From the NCBI GenBank assembly GCA_043810925.1, contig JBDRNT010000069.1, forward strand, positions 83,273 to 147,272: 64,000 nucleotides of DNA, given 5' to 3'. The position numbers were made by a program, and so were the translations under genes. The notes below the pieces were generated by a model. That model saw only the letters and a program-made list of their open reading frames with translations, was not told the origin of the DNA and ran no database searches. This document shows positions 29,417-39,664 of the stretch, one piece after another (within the stretch, counting starts at the first letter, position 1; each line of letters starts with the position of its first letter). The stretch is from Candidatus Eiseniibacteriota bacterium (lineage in GTDB: Bacteria; Arandabacterota; Arandabacteria; Arandabacterales; Arandabacteraceae).

Positions 29417-29889
29417 GAAGTCTCCCCGCTCTCCTCGATCTCTTCAAGATAACGCTTCACACACCGCCCCGTCAAAGGATGAACAAGATCCGGGGCTATT
29501 TCCGCCAGTGGTGCCAGGACGAAGGCGCGTTCGCAAATGTGGGGATGAGGGATCGTGATGTCCTCCTCACTGACGACCTCACTGCCGTAGAGGAGGATGT
29601 CGATATCGATCCGTCTCGGGCCCCACCTGGCCCCCTTTCGTCTACCCAGCTCCCGCTCGATGCCCTTGACCCTGGTAAGCAGTTCCTTTGGGCTCAAGCC
29701 GGTATCCACCTCGGCCACGGCATTCACGAAATCAGGCTGGTTCTCATTGCCCCAGGGCCTGGTCTCGTACATACCTGACAGTCTCCTCACCACTATGTCT
29801 CCCCCGCGACCGAGACAGGCGACCGCCCTGGTGATCATGCCTACCCTGTCACTGACATTGCTTCCGAGCCCAAGGTAACACTGAACCAA
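29395..29889 (-). CDS. folK: 2-amino-4-hydroxy-6-hydroxymethyldihydropteridine diphosphokinase
   Basis: YLGLGSN, QPDFVNAV, IERELGR, WGPRRIDIDIL, IPHP...RAFVLAPL. Confidence 0.97.
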   Translation of the reverse strand: MVQCYLGLGSNVSDRVGMITRAVACLGRGGDIVVRRLSGMYETRPWGNENQPDFVNAVAEVDTGLSPKELLTRVKGIERELGRRKGARWGPRRIDIDILLYGSEVVSEEDITIPHPHICERAFVLAPLAEIAPDLVHPLTGRCVKRYLEEIEESGETSWRNLDT

Positions 29890-29893
29890 TGCG

Positions 29894-30265
29894 CTAGTCC
29901 TCGCGGAGTCTCCTGATCTCTACGGCAATCGACGCCACCCCGGTGGCAATGGGGAGATTGACCTTCTTCACCCTGACCATCACCTCGACCGGGCGGAACT
30001 TCTCAAGGACCCTGGCGGCGATATCCGCCGCAAGGCTCTCAAGAAGAAGGAACTCCTCGTCACCGGCGATCCTCTCCACCAGGGTGCACACCGCTTCGTA
30101 ATTGACCGTCTTGCGAAGATCATCACCCGCTATCGCGTCTGCGAGATCAAGATAGAGCTCAAGATCTATGATAAGCCGCTGGCCTACCTGCCGTTCGGCT
30201 TCATCAACGCCGTGGTGACCGAGCACATTGATGCCCTCGATCGTTATCTTGTCAAGACCGCTCAT
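29894..30265 (-). CDS. folB: Dihydroneopterin aldolase
   Basis: DKITIEGI...HGVDEAERQVGQ...DDLRKTVNY...LLESLA; ATG at 30265 overlaps the upstream stop. Confidence 0.93.
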   Translation of the reverse strand: MSGLDKITIEGINVLGHHGVDEAERQVGQRLIIDLELYLDLADAIAGDDLRKTVNYEAVCTLVERIAGDEEFLLLESLAADIAARVLEKFRPVEVMVRVKKVNLPIATGVASIAVEIRRLRED

Positions 30266-31422
30266 GTCATCCAACGCTCGCTCACCTTCTGTATTCGTTC
30301 CATCGCCGTCTTGATCCTGTCGGTGGGACACGTCACAGAAATTCTGAAGTAGCCCTCACCACACTCTCCGAAACCTACCCCGGGGGCGACAAGGACGCCG
30401 GCCTCTTCGAGGATCGTCGTGGCGAAACCAATTGATGTCTCCTCGCCGGGTACTTTCGCCCAGATATAGAGTGTCGCCGGTGAGTTGTGGTACTCAAGCC
30501 CGCAGGTCTCGAGGCACTTGCGGATCAACGATCTTCGCAACGTGTACTCGTGTTTGATCCCGGCCATCGCCGGCCATGCGTTCTCTATGGCTTCTGCCGC
30601 AGCCAGCAGGACGGCACCGAACACCCCGGAATCGATGTTCGACTTGAGCGCGCCCAGAGCGCTTATTATCCTTTCGTTTCCCGCTGCGAACCCAACTCGC
30701 CAGCCGGCCATCCCGAAGGTCTTCGAAAGCGAATGAAACTCAACCGCGAGCTCTCCGGCACGCGGCACCTCAAGCAGGCTCCGGGACTGATACCCGTCAA
30801 AAGTCGTCTCCGAATACGCGGCATCGCTGACGACGATGGCGTTCGCCTCTCGGGCACGGTCGACGATCGCTTCATAGAAATCGATCTCGGCAACCGCAGA
30901 TGTGGGGTTATTGGGATAATTCAGATAGACCAGCCGCCGGTCACGCATCTCGAGCGATTCTGTATCGGGGAGATAGCCGGTTCCCGCACGAAGCGGCATC
31001 CACTCCACCCGGCCACCCGCAAACCACACACCTCTTGAATACACGGGATATCCCGGATCGGGTACGAGGGCCACATCGCCGGGATCAAGAACCGCCAGCG
31101 GCAGATGGGCGATCCCCTCCTTGGTCCCGATCACAGGCATGATCTCGCTGGACGGGTCAAGATCGACGCCGAACCGCTCAGCCATCCATCCGGATACGGT
31201 CTGATTGAAGGTCTCAACAGCCCAGTATGGCGTATAGCAGTGAAGCCTCCTATCGGCGGCGTGCCTGCAAAGAGCTTCTATGACGCAGGCCGGAGCACCG
31301 AGATCGGGATCTCCGATCGAAAGATCGATCACGTCAATCCCCTCGGCCGCCTTTTGTCTCCGTTTCACCGCAAGATCCTCAAAGAGATAGACCGGCAGGT
31401 CGCGGAGCCGTTTCGACTTCAT
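30262..31422 (-). CDS. PLP-dependent class I/II aminotransferase (LL-diaminopimelate aminotransferase-like)
   Basis: IDLSIGDPD, GTKEGIAHL, PDPGYPVY, NYPNNPT, DAAYSE, FHSLSKTFGMAGWRVG, KSNIDSG. Confidence 0.85.
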   Translation of the reverse strand: MKSKRLRDLPVYLFEDLAVKRRQKAAEGIDVIDLSIGDPDLGAPACVIEALCRHAADRRLHCYTPYWAVETFNQTVSGWMAERFGVDLDPSSEIMPVIGTKEGIAHLPLAVLDPGDVALVPDPGYPVYSRGVWFAGGRVEWMPLRAGTGYLPDTESLEMRDRRLVYLNYPNNPTSAVAEIDFYEAIVDRAREANAIVVSDAAYSETTFDGYQSRSLLEVPRAGELAVEFHSLSKTFGMAGWRVGFAAGNERIISALGALKSNIDSGVFGAVLLAAAEAIENAWPAMAGIKHEYTLRRSLIRKCLETCGLEYHNSPATLYIWAKVPGEETSIGFATTILEEAGVLVAPGVGFGECGEGYFRISVTCPTDRIKTAMERIQKVSERWMT

Positions 31423-31457
31423 CCCATCTTCAGTCGACTTCACGTTACCCGGCCTTT

Positions 31458-32201
31458 TCAAGGCTTATTCTTGTCAAAAAAGACCTTGAAAAGGTCTATG
31501 GGAATCGGGAAAAGCGTCGTTGAATTGTTCTCGGACGCGACCTCTCTGAGCGTCTGCAGATACCTCAGCTGGAGGGCCTCCGGATGCGCGCTTATCACCT
31601 TGGCGGCCTCCGTAAGCTTCTCCGATGCCTGGAGCTCGCCCAGCGCGTTAATCACCTTGGCACGCCGTTCCCTCTCGGCCTCCGCCTGCCTTGCCATCGC
31701 CCGCTGCATCTCAACCGGGAGATCCACGTGCTTGACCTCTACGTTCGAGACCTTTATGCCCCACGGGTCCGTGTGCTTGTCCAGGATCTGCTGGAGCTGG
31801 CTGTTGATCTTCTCCCTGTTTGTCAGAAGATCGTCGAGCTCGCCTACCCCGAGGACACTTCGAAGCGTGGTCTGCGCAAGCTGGGAAGTCGCGTACATGT
31901 AGTCCTCTACCTCGGTCACCGCCCTGTTGGGATCCATCACCCTGAAGTAGACCACGGCGTTCACCTTGACCGACACATTGTCCTTGGTGATCACATCCTG
32001 GGGGGGTACGTCCATCACCACCATACGCAGGCTGACCTTGACCATACGGTCCACGATGGGGATGAGGAGTATGAGTCCCGGTCCTTTAGAAGACATGAGA
32101 CGCCCTAGCCTGAAAATCACGCCGCGTTCGTACTCCCTCAGGACTCTTATTGCATTGACAAGTATGAAGAGGATCACAAATCCCACCGCAATCAACGCCA
32201 T
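31458..32201 (-). CDS. SPFH/stomatin (slipin) family protein
   Basis: [53 protein letters not shown]. Confidence 0.95.
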   Translation of the reverse strand: MALIAVGFVILFILVNAIRVLREYERGVIFRLGRLMSSKGPGLILLIPIVDRMVKVSLRMVVMDVPPQDVITKDNVSVKVNAVVYFRVMDPNRAVTEVEDYMYATSQLAQTTLRSVLGVGELDDLLTNREKINSQLQQILDKHTDPWGIKVSNVEVKHVDLPVEMQRAMARQAEAERERRAKVINALGELQASEKLTEAAKVISAHPEALQLRYLQTLREVASENNSTTLFPIPIDLFKVFFDKNKP

Positions 32202-32202
32202 C

Positions 32203-33501
32203 TTACTCCCTCCTTCCGGGCTCCTCAGCGGAGCCAGCCGGCCTGACCTCAGGTCTGAGGCCTGTCATCGACACAACCACAACCTCATCCCCTTTGGCTA
32301 TTCTCTCACTGCTGGCCACCGTCCAGAGCTCTCCATGGATGAATGCCTGCCCCGTCCGGTCGATATCGGTAGTCGCCACGCCCCGCTCGCCGATCAGCCC
32401 CTCCATGCCCGTAGCCGGCTTCCTTCTCTGGGCTCTCAGACCCGCACCCACGGCAAGGGCAAAAAAGGCGGCCGTCGCGATCACAGCGGGGATTATAACC
32501 TTGAATGATATCCTCAGGAAGGGAAGCGGTGATTCAATCAGCATCAGTGAACCAAAGAACATGGCGACCGCACCTCCAATGGTCAAAAGCCCGCCGCTCG
32601 TGACCCAGATCTCGGTCAGGAAGAACGCCACGGCAAGCAGTATGAGCAGCACCCCTGCGTAGTTGATGGGCAGCATCTGGAATGAGAAGAACGCAAGTAC
32701 AAGGAAGATGGCTCCTATAACCCCGGGGAAGATCGAACCGGGATTGGAAAGCTCAAAGAAAAGACCGTAAAAGCCCAGTATCATCAGCATGTAGGCGACA
32801 TTGGGATTTGAGAGTATGTTAAGCAGCCTGTAGCGAAGACCCATCTCTATTCTCTTTACCGCGACATCCCGTGTATTCAGGGTACCGCCCTTGACCTCAT
32901 CGATTTCTTTTCCGTCGACCGCCTCAAGGAGTTCCGCCAGATCGTCGACAACCACGTCGATGATGCCCAATTCCAGTGCTTCCTCGGCCGTGGCAGTCGC
33001 ACTTCCACGCACAGCCTCCTCGGCCCACTCCTCATTGCGGCCCCGCTTCGCCGCCAGGCTCTTGATATACGATGCACTGTCATTGACGATCTTATCCATC
33101 GTCTTCTCGTCCACCTCGGCCTCTCCGATGGTGACGGGATGGGCGGCGCCTATGGATGTACCGGTGGCCATACCCACGGCATCGGCGCTCATGGCGATGA
33201 ATACTCCTGCCGATGCGCACCTCGCGCCGCTCGGTGAAACGTAGATCACCACTGGTACTTCTGAGGCAAGTATGCTCTGGATTATGGCCCGCATTGATGT
33301 GTCAAGCCCACCGGGTGTGTCGAGTTCGATCACCAGACACACCGCTACGGCATCCTCGGCCCGTTGGATCTCCTGGGAAATATAGCGTGCAGCTACAGGG
33401 CCGATCGGTCCCTCGACCACAATAACGTGCGCCTCACCGGCCGAGGCCGCCCCCGGGAACAGGAGCCACAATGCAAGTGCAAGAAGCAGGACATGTTTCA
33501 C
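32203..33501 (-). CDS. nfeD: NfeD membrane-bound serine protease (long form)
   Basis: [27 protein letters not shown] region; C-terminal OB fold (HGELW); paired with the slipin gene. Confidence 0.93.
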   Translation of the reverse strand: MKHVLLLALALWLLFPGAASAGEAHVIVVEGPIGPVAARYISQEIQRAEDAVAVCLVIELDTPGGLDTSMRAIIQSILASEVPVVIYVSPSGARCASAGVFIAMSADAVGMATGTSIGAAHPVTIGEAEVDEKTMDKIVNDSASYIKSLAAKRGRNEEWAEEAVRGSATATAEEALELGIIDVVVDDLAELLEAVDGKEIDEVKGGTLNTRDVAVKRIEMGLRYRLLNILSNPNVAYMLMILGFYGLFFELSNPGSIFPGVIGAIFLVLAFFSFQMLPINYAGVLLILLAVAFFLTEIWVTSGGLLTIGGAVAMFFGSLMLIESPLPFLRISFKVIIPAVIATAAFFALAVGAGLRAQRRKPATGMEGLIGERGVATTDIDRTGQAFIHGELWTVASSERIAKGDEVVVVSMTGLRPEVRPAGSAEEPGRRE

Positions 33502-33530
33502 TCGGACACCTCGAACATTTCTTCAGGTGG

Positions 33531-33559
33531 AGTATCCATCATTCCAGAGGCAGAGTCAA
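33531..33559 (-). promoter_or_regulatory. Sigma70-type promoter for the nfeD-tatA operon
   Basis: TTGACT-17 nt-GATACT. Confidence 0.45.
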
Positions 33560-33570
33560 CAACAGCTTTG

Positions 33571-34116
33571 TCAGAGACCGAGCTCCTCCGAGACACTCTG
33601 CATGGCCCTAAGTCCAATAGTAACAAACTCATCGAGTTCAAGACCCAGCCCCTCACACGACCTGATCTGGTCCCGGTCGGCACCCGCCGCAAACCGCTTT
33701 TCCTTGAATCTATTGAGCACGAACTCCGGCGTCACTCCGCTCAGTTTCTTATCAGGATGCATGAGTGCGGCAGCGACGATGAGCCCTGTAAGCGGGTCGG
33801 CCGCGAAAAGCGCCTTATCAAGCATCGTCTCCCTGGGAACGTGCCCGGCATGAGATTCGACCGCCCGGGTCACGTCGTCTTCCACGCCCATGTCTCTTAA
33901 GTATGCCGCGCCGAGTTTGCCGTGCCTCTCGGGGTCCTTCACGGTTTCATCGTAGTCGAGATCGTGCACCAGTCCGGCCAGGGCCCACTTGCTGTCGTCC
34001 TCCCCAAGCCTGAGGGCGAGCGCCTTCATCACAGCCTCAACGGCAATCATGTGCTTTATCAGCCGGTCGTTCGTCACACGGGATTTCACAACCTCCATCG
34101 CTTCTTGCCTGTTCAA
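33571..34116 (-). CDS. HDIG-domain metal-dependent phosphohydrolase
   Basis: LIKHMIAVEAVM, GLVHDLDY, HG, ADPLTGLI, KEKRFAAG. Confidence 0.9.
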   Translation of the reverse strand: MNRQEAMEVVKSRVTNDRLIKHMIAVEAVMKALALRLGEDDSKWALAGLVHDLDYDETVKDPERHGKLGAAYLRDMGVEDDVTRAVESHAGHVPRETMLDKALFAADPLTGLIVAAALMHPDKKLSGVTPEFVLNRFKEKRFAAGADRDQIRSCEGLGLELDEFVTIGLRAMQSVSEELGL

Positions 34117-34130
34117 AACGCTCCTCCTTT

Positions 34131-36212
34131 CTACACGACTACCGTTCTCCCCTCGGTCATGCTGGTCACGGCGTCAATCCACATCCGCCACTCGGGTGAG
34201 GTATCTCCACCACGTATGCGTTCGAATGCCTCCTCCCGTGCCCTGAGCATCAGGTCCGTATCATCCGGCAGACGGGTGAACTTGAGGTCGGGCACGCCAT
34301 GCTGCCGGGTGCCTACCAGGTCCCCGGGCCCGCGAAAAACAAGGTCGCTTTCCGCTATTTCAAAACCGTCGAACGTGGATTCGAGGACTGCGATCCGGGC
34401 GCGGGCTTTTTCACTCGCAGCTTCGGACACTATGAAATACGAAAGCGAATCCGAACTCGTTCTTGCGACACGTCCCCTCATCTGGTGGAGCTGGCTCAAC
34501 CCGAACCTTTCAGCCTGCTCGACAACGAGAATCGTCGCCGCCGGGATGTCCATACCCACCTCAATAACGGTTGTAGCCACCACAAGACCTATCTTGTTTG
34601 CGCGAAAACCCCCTATGATCTCAAGGCGTCTGTCACGCTCGGTTCTTCCCGTAAGAACCTCGACCCGCCGGTCTTTGCCCAGCAGAGCCTGCATCTCCTT
34701 TTTCACGGTCTTTACATCGATGAGCCCGGCCTCGCCCTGCTCGAGCGAAGGACATACGTGAAATGCCTGTCTGCCCCCGCATATCATGGCCGCAACCTCT
34801 TTGAGTACACGCGGCCTCCGACTGCTTGCGACCGAATGCGACGTGTGAGTCCCCCTGCCGGGCGGCATATCGGCGATCGTGGTCACGTCGAGGTCGCCGT
34901 AAGCCGTCAGTGCCAGCGTTCGTGGTATTGGAGTCGCGCTCACGACAATCAGGTTTGCCTGGGGGGCCTTCCCCACCAGCCTGGTTCTCTGGAGAACTCC
35001 GAACCGCTGCTCCTCATCGACTATGACCAGCTCGAGATCCTCAAAGCGGGTCTTCTCACCGATAAGCGCATGGGTCCCCACAACTGCGTTGAGTGTCCCA
35101 CCGGCCAGAGCCTCACGCGTCCGGTCCATTTCATCGACGGGCATGCTCCCGGTGAGTATACCGGTCTTAAAACCGAAGGGAGCGAGGAATGCCTTGAGCG
35201 TGCCGTAGTGCTGCTCGGCAAGGATCTCGGTCGGACACATCAGGGCAACCTGCCCGCCCGTATCGCATACGACCGCCGCAGCCAGCCCCGCCACAACCGT
35301 CTTCCCGCAACCCACGTCACCTTGAAGCAATCTGCGCATGGGATACCGGTCTGCGATGTCCGCCGTGATCTGACCCAGGGCCTCGACCTGTGCCCCCGTG
35401 AGTTCAAAGGGAAGGTCGCCTGAGAATCTGTCGATCACATCATGCACGTCCCGGGTCCGGGAGCCGGTGCCTTTGCGCTCAAGACGTGAAAGCGCAAACA
35501 ACGTCTGGAAAAGCAGGACCTCATCGAAAGCCAGGCGTCGTCTGGCGGCTTCCGCCTCCGTTGCACCCGGAGGAAAGTGAAGATGTCTGACCGCGCTCTT
35601 AAGCGGGATCAGATCGAGCTTGTTTCTTATCACCCCGGGCACATGGTCGACGGCACCGTCAAGATGGCTGTCAACTGCACTCTTGACCAGTGTCCTCAAC
35701 TGTTTCTGACCCAGGCCGGGTCGGGTACCATATACGGGAACCAGTCTTCCCGTGTGGAGAAGCTCGCCTCTCATCGGCTCATACTCGGGATGCACGAGTG
35801 ACTTTCCGAATCCGTCGACCTGGACCGTCCCGCTGAAAACGAACGTATCCCCCTGATGGAACACGTTTCGAAGATAGGGCTGGTTGAACCAGACACATCG
35901 CATCCGGCCGGTGGCGTCTTCGACATGGACGATGAAGAGCCGCTTGCCCTTGGCGGGCTTGATCTCGGTCCTCTCGACCTTGCCTATGACGCTCTGGATC
36001 TCACCCCCGCGGAGCTCTGCGATGCTTGAGAATGATGCCCTGTCGATATACCGGCGCGGCGGGTAGACGAGAAGATCCCCTACTGTCTTAAGACAGAGTT
36101 CGCTCAGGAGTCTCTCGCGCTTTTCACCTACACCAGGAAGTGTCCGGATGCCCGAGGCAAGTGAAGGCTGAGCATCACTACGCTTCCGGGGTCTCCTTTG
36201 AGAAGAGCTCAT
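34131..36212 (-). CDS. recG: ATP-dependent DNA helicase RecG
   Basis: LPGVG, PRRYID, WFNQPY, RRRLAFDE, RLLQGDVGCGKT, SATPIPRTL, AERFGLSQLHQMRGRV; AAGGAG upstream of the ATG. Confidence 0.93.
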   Translation of the reverse strand: MSSSQRRPRKRSDAQPSLASGIRTLPGVGEKRERLLSELCLKTVGDLLVYPPRRYIDRASFSSIAELRGGEIQSVIGKVERTEIKPAKGKRLFIVHVEDATGRMRCVWFNQPYLRNVFHQGDTFVFSGTVQVDGFGKSLVHPEYEPMRGELLHTGRLVPVYGTRPGLGQKQLRTLVKSAVDSHLDGAVDHVPGVIRNKLDLIPLKSAVRHLHFPPGATEAEAARRRLAFDEVLLFQTLFALSRLERKGTGSRTRDVHDVIDRFSGDLPFELTGAQVEALGQITADIADRYPMRRLLQGDVGCGKTVVAGLAAAVVCDTGGQVALMCPTEILAEQHYGTLKAFLAPFGFKTGILTGSMPVDEMDRTREALAGGTLNAVVGTHALIGEKTRFEDLELVIVDEEQRFGVLQRTRLVGKAPQANLIVVSATPIPRTLALTAYGDLDVTTIADMPPGRGTHTSHSVASSRRPRVLKEVAAMICGGRQAFHVCPSLEQGEAGLIDVKTVKKEMQALLGKDRRVEVLTGRTERDRRLEIIGGFRANKIGLVVATTVIEVGMDIPAATILVVEQAERFGLSQLHQMRGRVARTSSDSLSYFIVSEAASEKARARIAVLESTFDGFEIAESDLVFRGPGDLVGTRQHGVPDLKFTRLPDDTDLMLRAREEAFERIRGGDTSPEWRMWIDAVTSMTEGRTVVV

Positions 36213-36402
36213 TGAGCTCCTTCACGATAGGGTCAGGGTCGATCCCATGCATACGGGCGCCCTGCTCTATGGATTCCTGGGTCGCTCCCATGCAGGCTAT
36301 ACAGCCGAGATTGTATTTCATGAACACCTGTATGGCATCCGGATGCGACTTGAGGACCTCTTCGATAATCGTATCTTTGGTTATCTCCACGGCTTCCTCC
36401 AT
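36178..36402 (-). CDS. DUF1858-domain protein
   Basis: ITKDTIIEEVL...HP...VF...GCIACMGA..ESIEQGARMHGID. Confidence 0.88.
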   Translation of the reverse strand: MEEAVEITKDTIIEEVLKSHPDAIQVFMKYNLGCIACMGATQESIEQGARMHGIDPDPIVKELNELFSKETPEA

Positions 36403-36436
36403 GGTAAATTGGTATGACTCTGATCACCTTTTGTTC

Positions 36437-36465
36437 AAAATAGCAGGTTGCCCGGCTCCTGTCAA
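36437..36465 (-). promoter_or_regulatory. Sigma70-type promoter for DUF1858-recG-HDIG
   Basis: TTGACA-17 nt-TATTTT with extended TG. Confidence 0.55.
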
Positions 36466-36476
36466 TGGGGTTAAGC

Positions 36477-37872
36477 TCATCCACCGGGTCCGAACATCGG
36501 GACGACGGCCCGTATCCCTCTGGTCGCGTCGTAAGCGCCGAGCACATCTTCCTGATCCGTCTCCCCCGGCAGCAGAATATCAATGAATGCAGGATTGCCA
36601 TGACTGAAGTTGCCACCGCTTATCAGGACAGGGTGCTTATCCCTGACCGGCATCGGGCCGCCGAAAAAGTTCATTGTGCGATCGCTCACAAGACCTACTC
36701 CTACGAAATACAGCCAGTCACTCTCCGGCTCGCCGATCAAGGCAACCGGGAGTGAGAACTCCAGAGTCTTCTCATCCTTCTTGAGGATATCGTCCGAAAG
36801 GTCCCCGGTGGCATAGAACACCTTCCCGAAACTGTCCGACAGGGTCACGCCGAAACCGGCGCTCAGTTTGAGGTCATACCCGAGACCTCGCTCGAATTCC
36901 ACGTCGTGGCAGATCGGCTGAAGACGTCGCGGGCCTTTCTCACCACGCTTTATCGCGATCACCACACCCGGTGCGAATCTCTCATCAGTGAACTGGTAAG
37001 AGATGGGACCAGTCATGTTCTGAAACTTCACCCTGAAGTAGACATGGGCGGAGTCCCGCAAGACTTTTCGAACGCATCCCCCAATTCCGTGCCCTTCACG
37101 AGTTCGTCACAGACCTGTCTAAGTCTGGTGATGCCGAATGCGTCGATTGCAGACCTCATGAACGAGCCGGCTTCCTGGTATGTAATGTAGCTCGATCGCA
37201 GGAAACCGGTGTCTCCCATCGTGCGCAACGACTCAAGCCCGATGAAGGACGGGTCATCGATGAGGTTCCGTGTCTGAACCAGGGCAAACCCCGGGTTCTG
37301 GTAGGTAGTGCCGCCGAAAGCAACGGCATAACCCTCACAGAACGCGGCATTGACACACGGGATTCCAGCTATAGCCGTCAGGACATGCATAACCTCGTGC
37401 GGGTTATTGAAAGACGTGGACACCGCTACGTTGAACCACGGAGGATCGTTGGGACGGTCCGACTTCTGGACAACCGCGTATCCGTTCGCCGGCGGGAAAC
37501 AGACCAGTCTGCCGGACTCCTCCGGTGATGCGACCTTATAAAATTCGATTCGCCTTTGGAGCTCGATTTCGAGGGCATCGAGCATCCTGGCGCACTCCAG
37601 ATCCATGCGCTCGATTTCATCCATGTGGAGGTTGATATCGACATACGCCGGATAGCGGAATACAAGATGCTCCGTTTCATAATGATCCCACTCCCGGGTC
37701 ACAACATCGACCGGATTGCCGAGGACCCACTTGCCGTCTTCCCGAACGACATAGTAGTGCATCTCGTGTCGCACCTCGTCAAGCCAGTCGAAGTCGATCA
37801 CGTTGTAGCCGTTCTCGGGGCGCACGCCTTTGATCTCGTAGTCCACGCCCGAATCCCGATTGATTTGATCAA
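36477..37872 (-). pseudogene. Disrupted gene: HExxH (MA-like) peptidase fragment plus truncated glucodextranase DOMON-like domain
   Basis: GGAGGG and TTG at 37872 give MIKSIGIRA..., out of frame with the peptidase ORF 37846-37028 (PHEVMH...FCEGYAV). That ORF overlaps, out of frame, the DOMON-like ORF 37061-36477 (VYFRVKF...IDILLP...QEDVLGAY), which lacks its N-terminal part. Confidence 0.6.
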
Positions 37873-37889
37873 GCCGTCTATCCCTCCGC

Positions 37890-38447
37890 TTACACCATGT
37901 TGTACCTGAAACAGCTTATGACATGATCGTTCACCATCCCGACGGCCTGCATAAAGGCATAGCAGATGGTCGGGCCGACAAACCTGAAACCGCGCTTCTT
38001 AAGATCCTTGCTCAGGGCCCGTGACTCATCCGTCTCGCTCGGGATCTCGCTTAAGCGGCGCCATCTGTTTCGCCTGGGTTTCCCACCGATGAACCTCCAG
38101 ACATATGCGTCGAAGCTGCCGAATTCCTTCTGGACGGTGAGAAACGACCGGGCGTTCTGAACCGCAGCTTCGACCTTTAGCCGGTTCCGGACTATGCCGG
38201 GATCTTCCAGAAGCCGCTCAATCTTGCCGCGGTCGTACCTGGCCACTTTGCGCGGATCGAAACCGCTGAAAGCCTTGCGGTAGTTGTCGCGCTTCTTAAG
38301 AATGGTTTCCCAGCTGAGCCCGGCCTGCGCCCCCTCCAGGATAAGGAATTCAAAGAGCACGTGATCGTCATGCGCCGGAACCCCCCACTCATTGTCATGA
38401 TAATCGAGTCCCGGTCCTTGAGTTCCCCAGGCACACCGTTTCTTCAT
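37890..38447 (-). CDS. tag: DNA-3-methyladenine glycosylase I
   Basis: RCAW...YHDNEWG, LILEGAQAGLSW, IVRNRLK, FRFVGPTICYAFMQAVGMVNDH...CF. Confidence 0.96.
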   Translation of the reverse strand: MKKRCAWGTQGPGLDYHDNEWGVPAHDDHVLFEFLILEGAQAGLSWETILKKRDNYRKAFSGFDPRKVARYDRGKIERLLEDPGIVRNRLKVEAAVQNARSFLTVQKEFGSFDAYVWRFIGGKPRRNRWRRLSEIPSETDESRALSKDLKKRGFRFVGPTICYAFMQAVGMVNDHVISCFRYNMV

Positions 38448-38484
38448 GTCCAATCCTCCTCCGGCCTCGTCATCTTGCTCGGGT

Positions 38485-39522
38485 TCACCTGCAGGTGAGG
38501 AGCGAGTTATTTTCGACAAACTCATAGATGACTTTTGCAGCAAGCTCATGTGCGAACACGCTCGGATGAAAATCCCGGGACGTCACACTGATATCTTCAG
38601 GCGGGTATTGAGAGTATACGTCATACATGTCAATCACGTGGAACCCGCTCTCGCTTCCCGCATCCAGAACCTGTTCGTGAAGGTCAAGATACGGATAGTC
38701 AGACCACGACTGCGGTTTTGTGACGGGAAACACCACAAGGACAACCGGAGCATTATGCGCTTGTGCCAGATCCTTCATCTCGTCGAAGGCGTCGACAACG
38801 CTCCTCCACTTTCTCTGATTCTTCGCATGCAGGTACCGGTAGTAGTCTCCCTCGCCAAAACGTTTAATGTCCCACTCCAGCTTGGTACTCGCCGCCAGTC
38901 TCAGGATGTTCAAGTGCTGCCACCACTGGGGTTCGCTGAAATAACCGTGAAGCGGTTGCACCGGGTCGATCTCAGGATCATTCAACACATATCCTACGAT
39001 TATCAGCGAAGGTCTCCAATCCGATACAACGTGTCTGAGCACTATGGCCTCTTCCCTGGTGGCATAACCACCGACTCCGAGATTCAGAACCTGGACGGGT
39101 TTGTCTCCAACCTGACCGGCCAGCAATTCCTCCAGTACACTCGGATATGCCGCTTCTCCGGGAACAGCGTACCCGAACGTAAAGGAGTCTCCCAGAACAA
39201 GCACGTTGCATGCGGTTGTGTCGCTTGGCGGGAGCGGCTCAGAGTCCCGCATGCCGTAGCTGTTGGTGACTATCATCTCCCCCAAGAAGCGTGTCTCCTT
39301 ATCCGGGATCAGCTCATAGCACAACCCCGGAATCGACGAACGCCTGTACATAAGGGATCGTTTGTCGATCACCCGCCGCGTCCAGCGCTCAGGCGTCGGG
39401 TTAAGGGGCCTTCTGAACCGGATGGGATGAAACAGACTGAGACCCAGCTCGACCAGTACCAGCGTGACGATGACTGAGACAAGTGATAGAAACAGATTGC
39501 TCCTGAGAGTGCCGGCCGTCAA
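38485..39522 (-). CDS. SGNH/GDSL hydrolase family protein with an N-terminal TM anchor
   Basis: TNSYGMRD, VLGDSFTFG, NLGVGGY, LND, DFHPS. Confidence 0.88.
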   Translation of the reverse strand: MTAGTLRSNLFLSLVSVIVTLVLVELGLSLFHPIRFRRPLNPTPERWTRRVIDKRSLMYRRSSIPGLCYELIPDKETRFLGEMIVTNSYGMRDSEPLPPSDTTACNVLVLGDSFTFGYAVPGEAAYPSVLEELLAGQVGDKPVQVLNLGVGGYATREEAIVLRHVVSDWRPSLIIVGYVLNDPEIDPVQPLHGYFSEPQWWQHLNILRLAASTKLEWDIKRFGEGDYYRYLHAKNQRKWRSVVDAFDEMKDLAQAHNAPVVLVVFPVTKPQSWSDYPYLDLHEQVLDAGSESGFHVIDMYDVYSQYPPEDISVTSRDFHPSVFAHELAAKVIYEFVENNSLLTCR

Positions 39523-39633
39523 ACCTTTGTCACCTCGTCTAGTAGCGTCGCTCTACCGCCTGAGACCACCGTCGTCACTGACGTCCGGATTCCGATACCA
39601 CGGCCTTACCGGCGGCCTTACTGCATCTATGCG

Positions 39634-39662
39634 ACTGTAGCCGCAGAAGACCGGGGTGTCAA
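39634..39662 (-). promoter_or_regulatory. Sigma70-type promoter for SGNH-tag
   Basis: TTGACA-17 nt-TACAGT. Confidence 0.55.
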
Positions 39663-39664
39663 TA

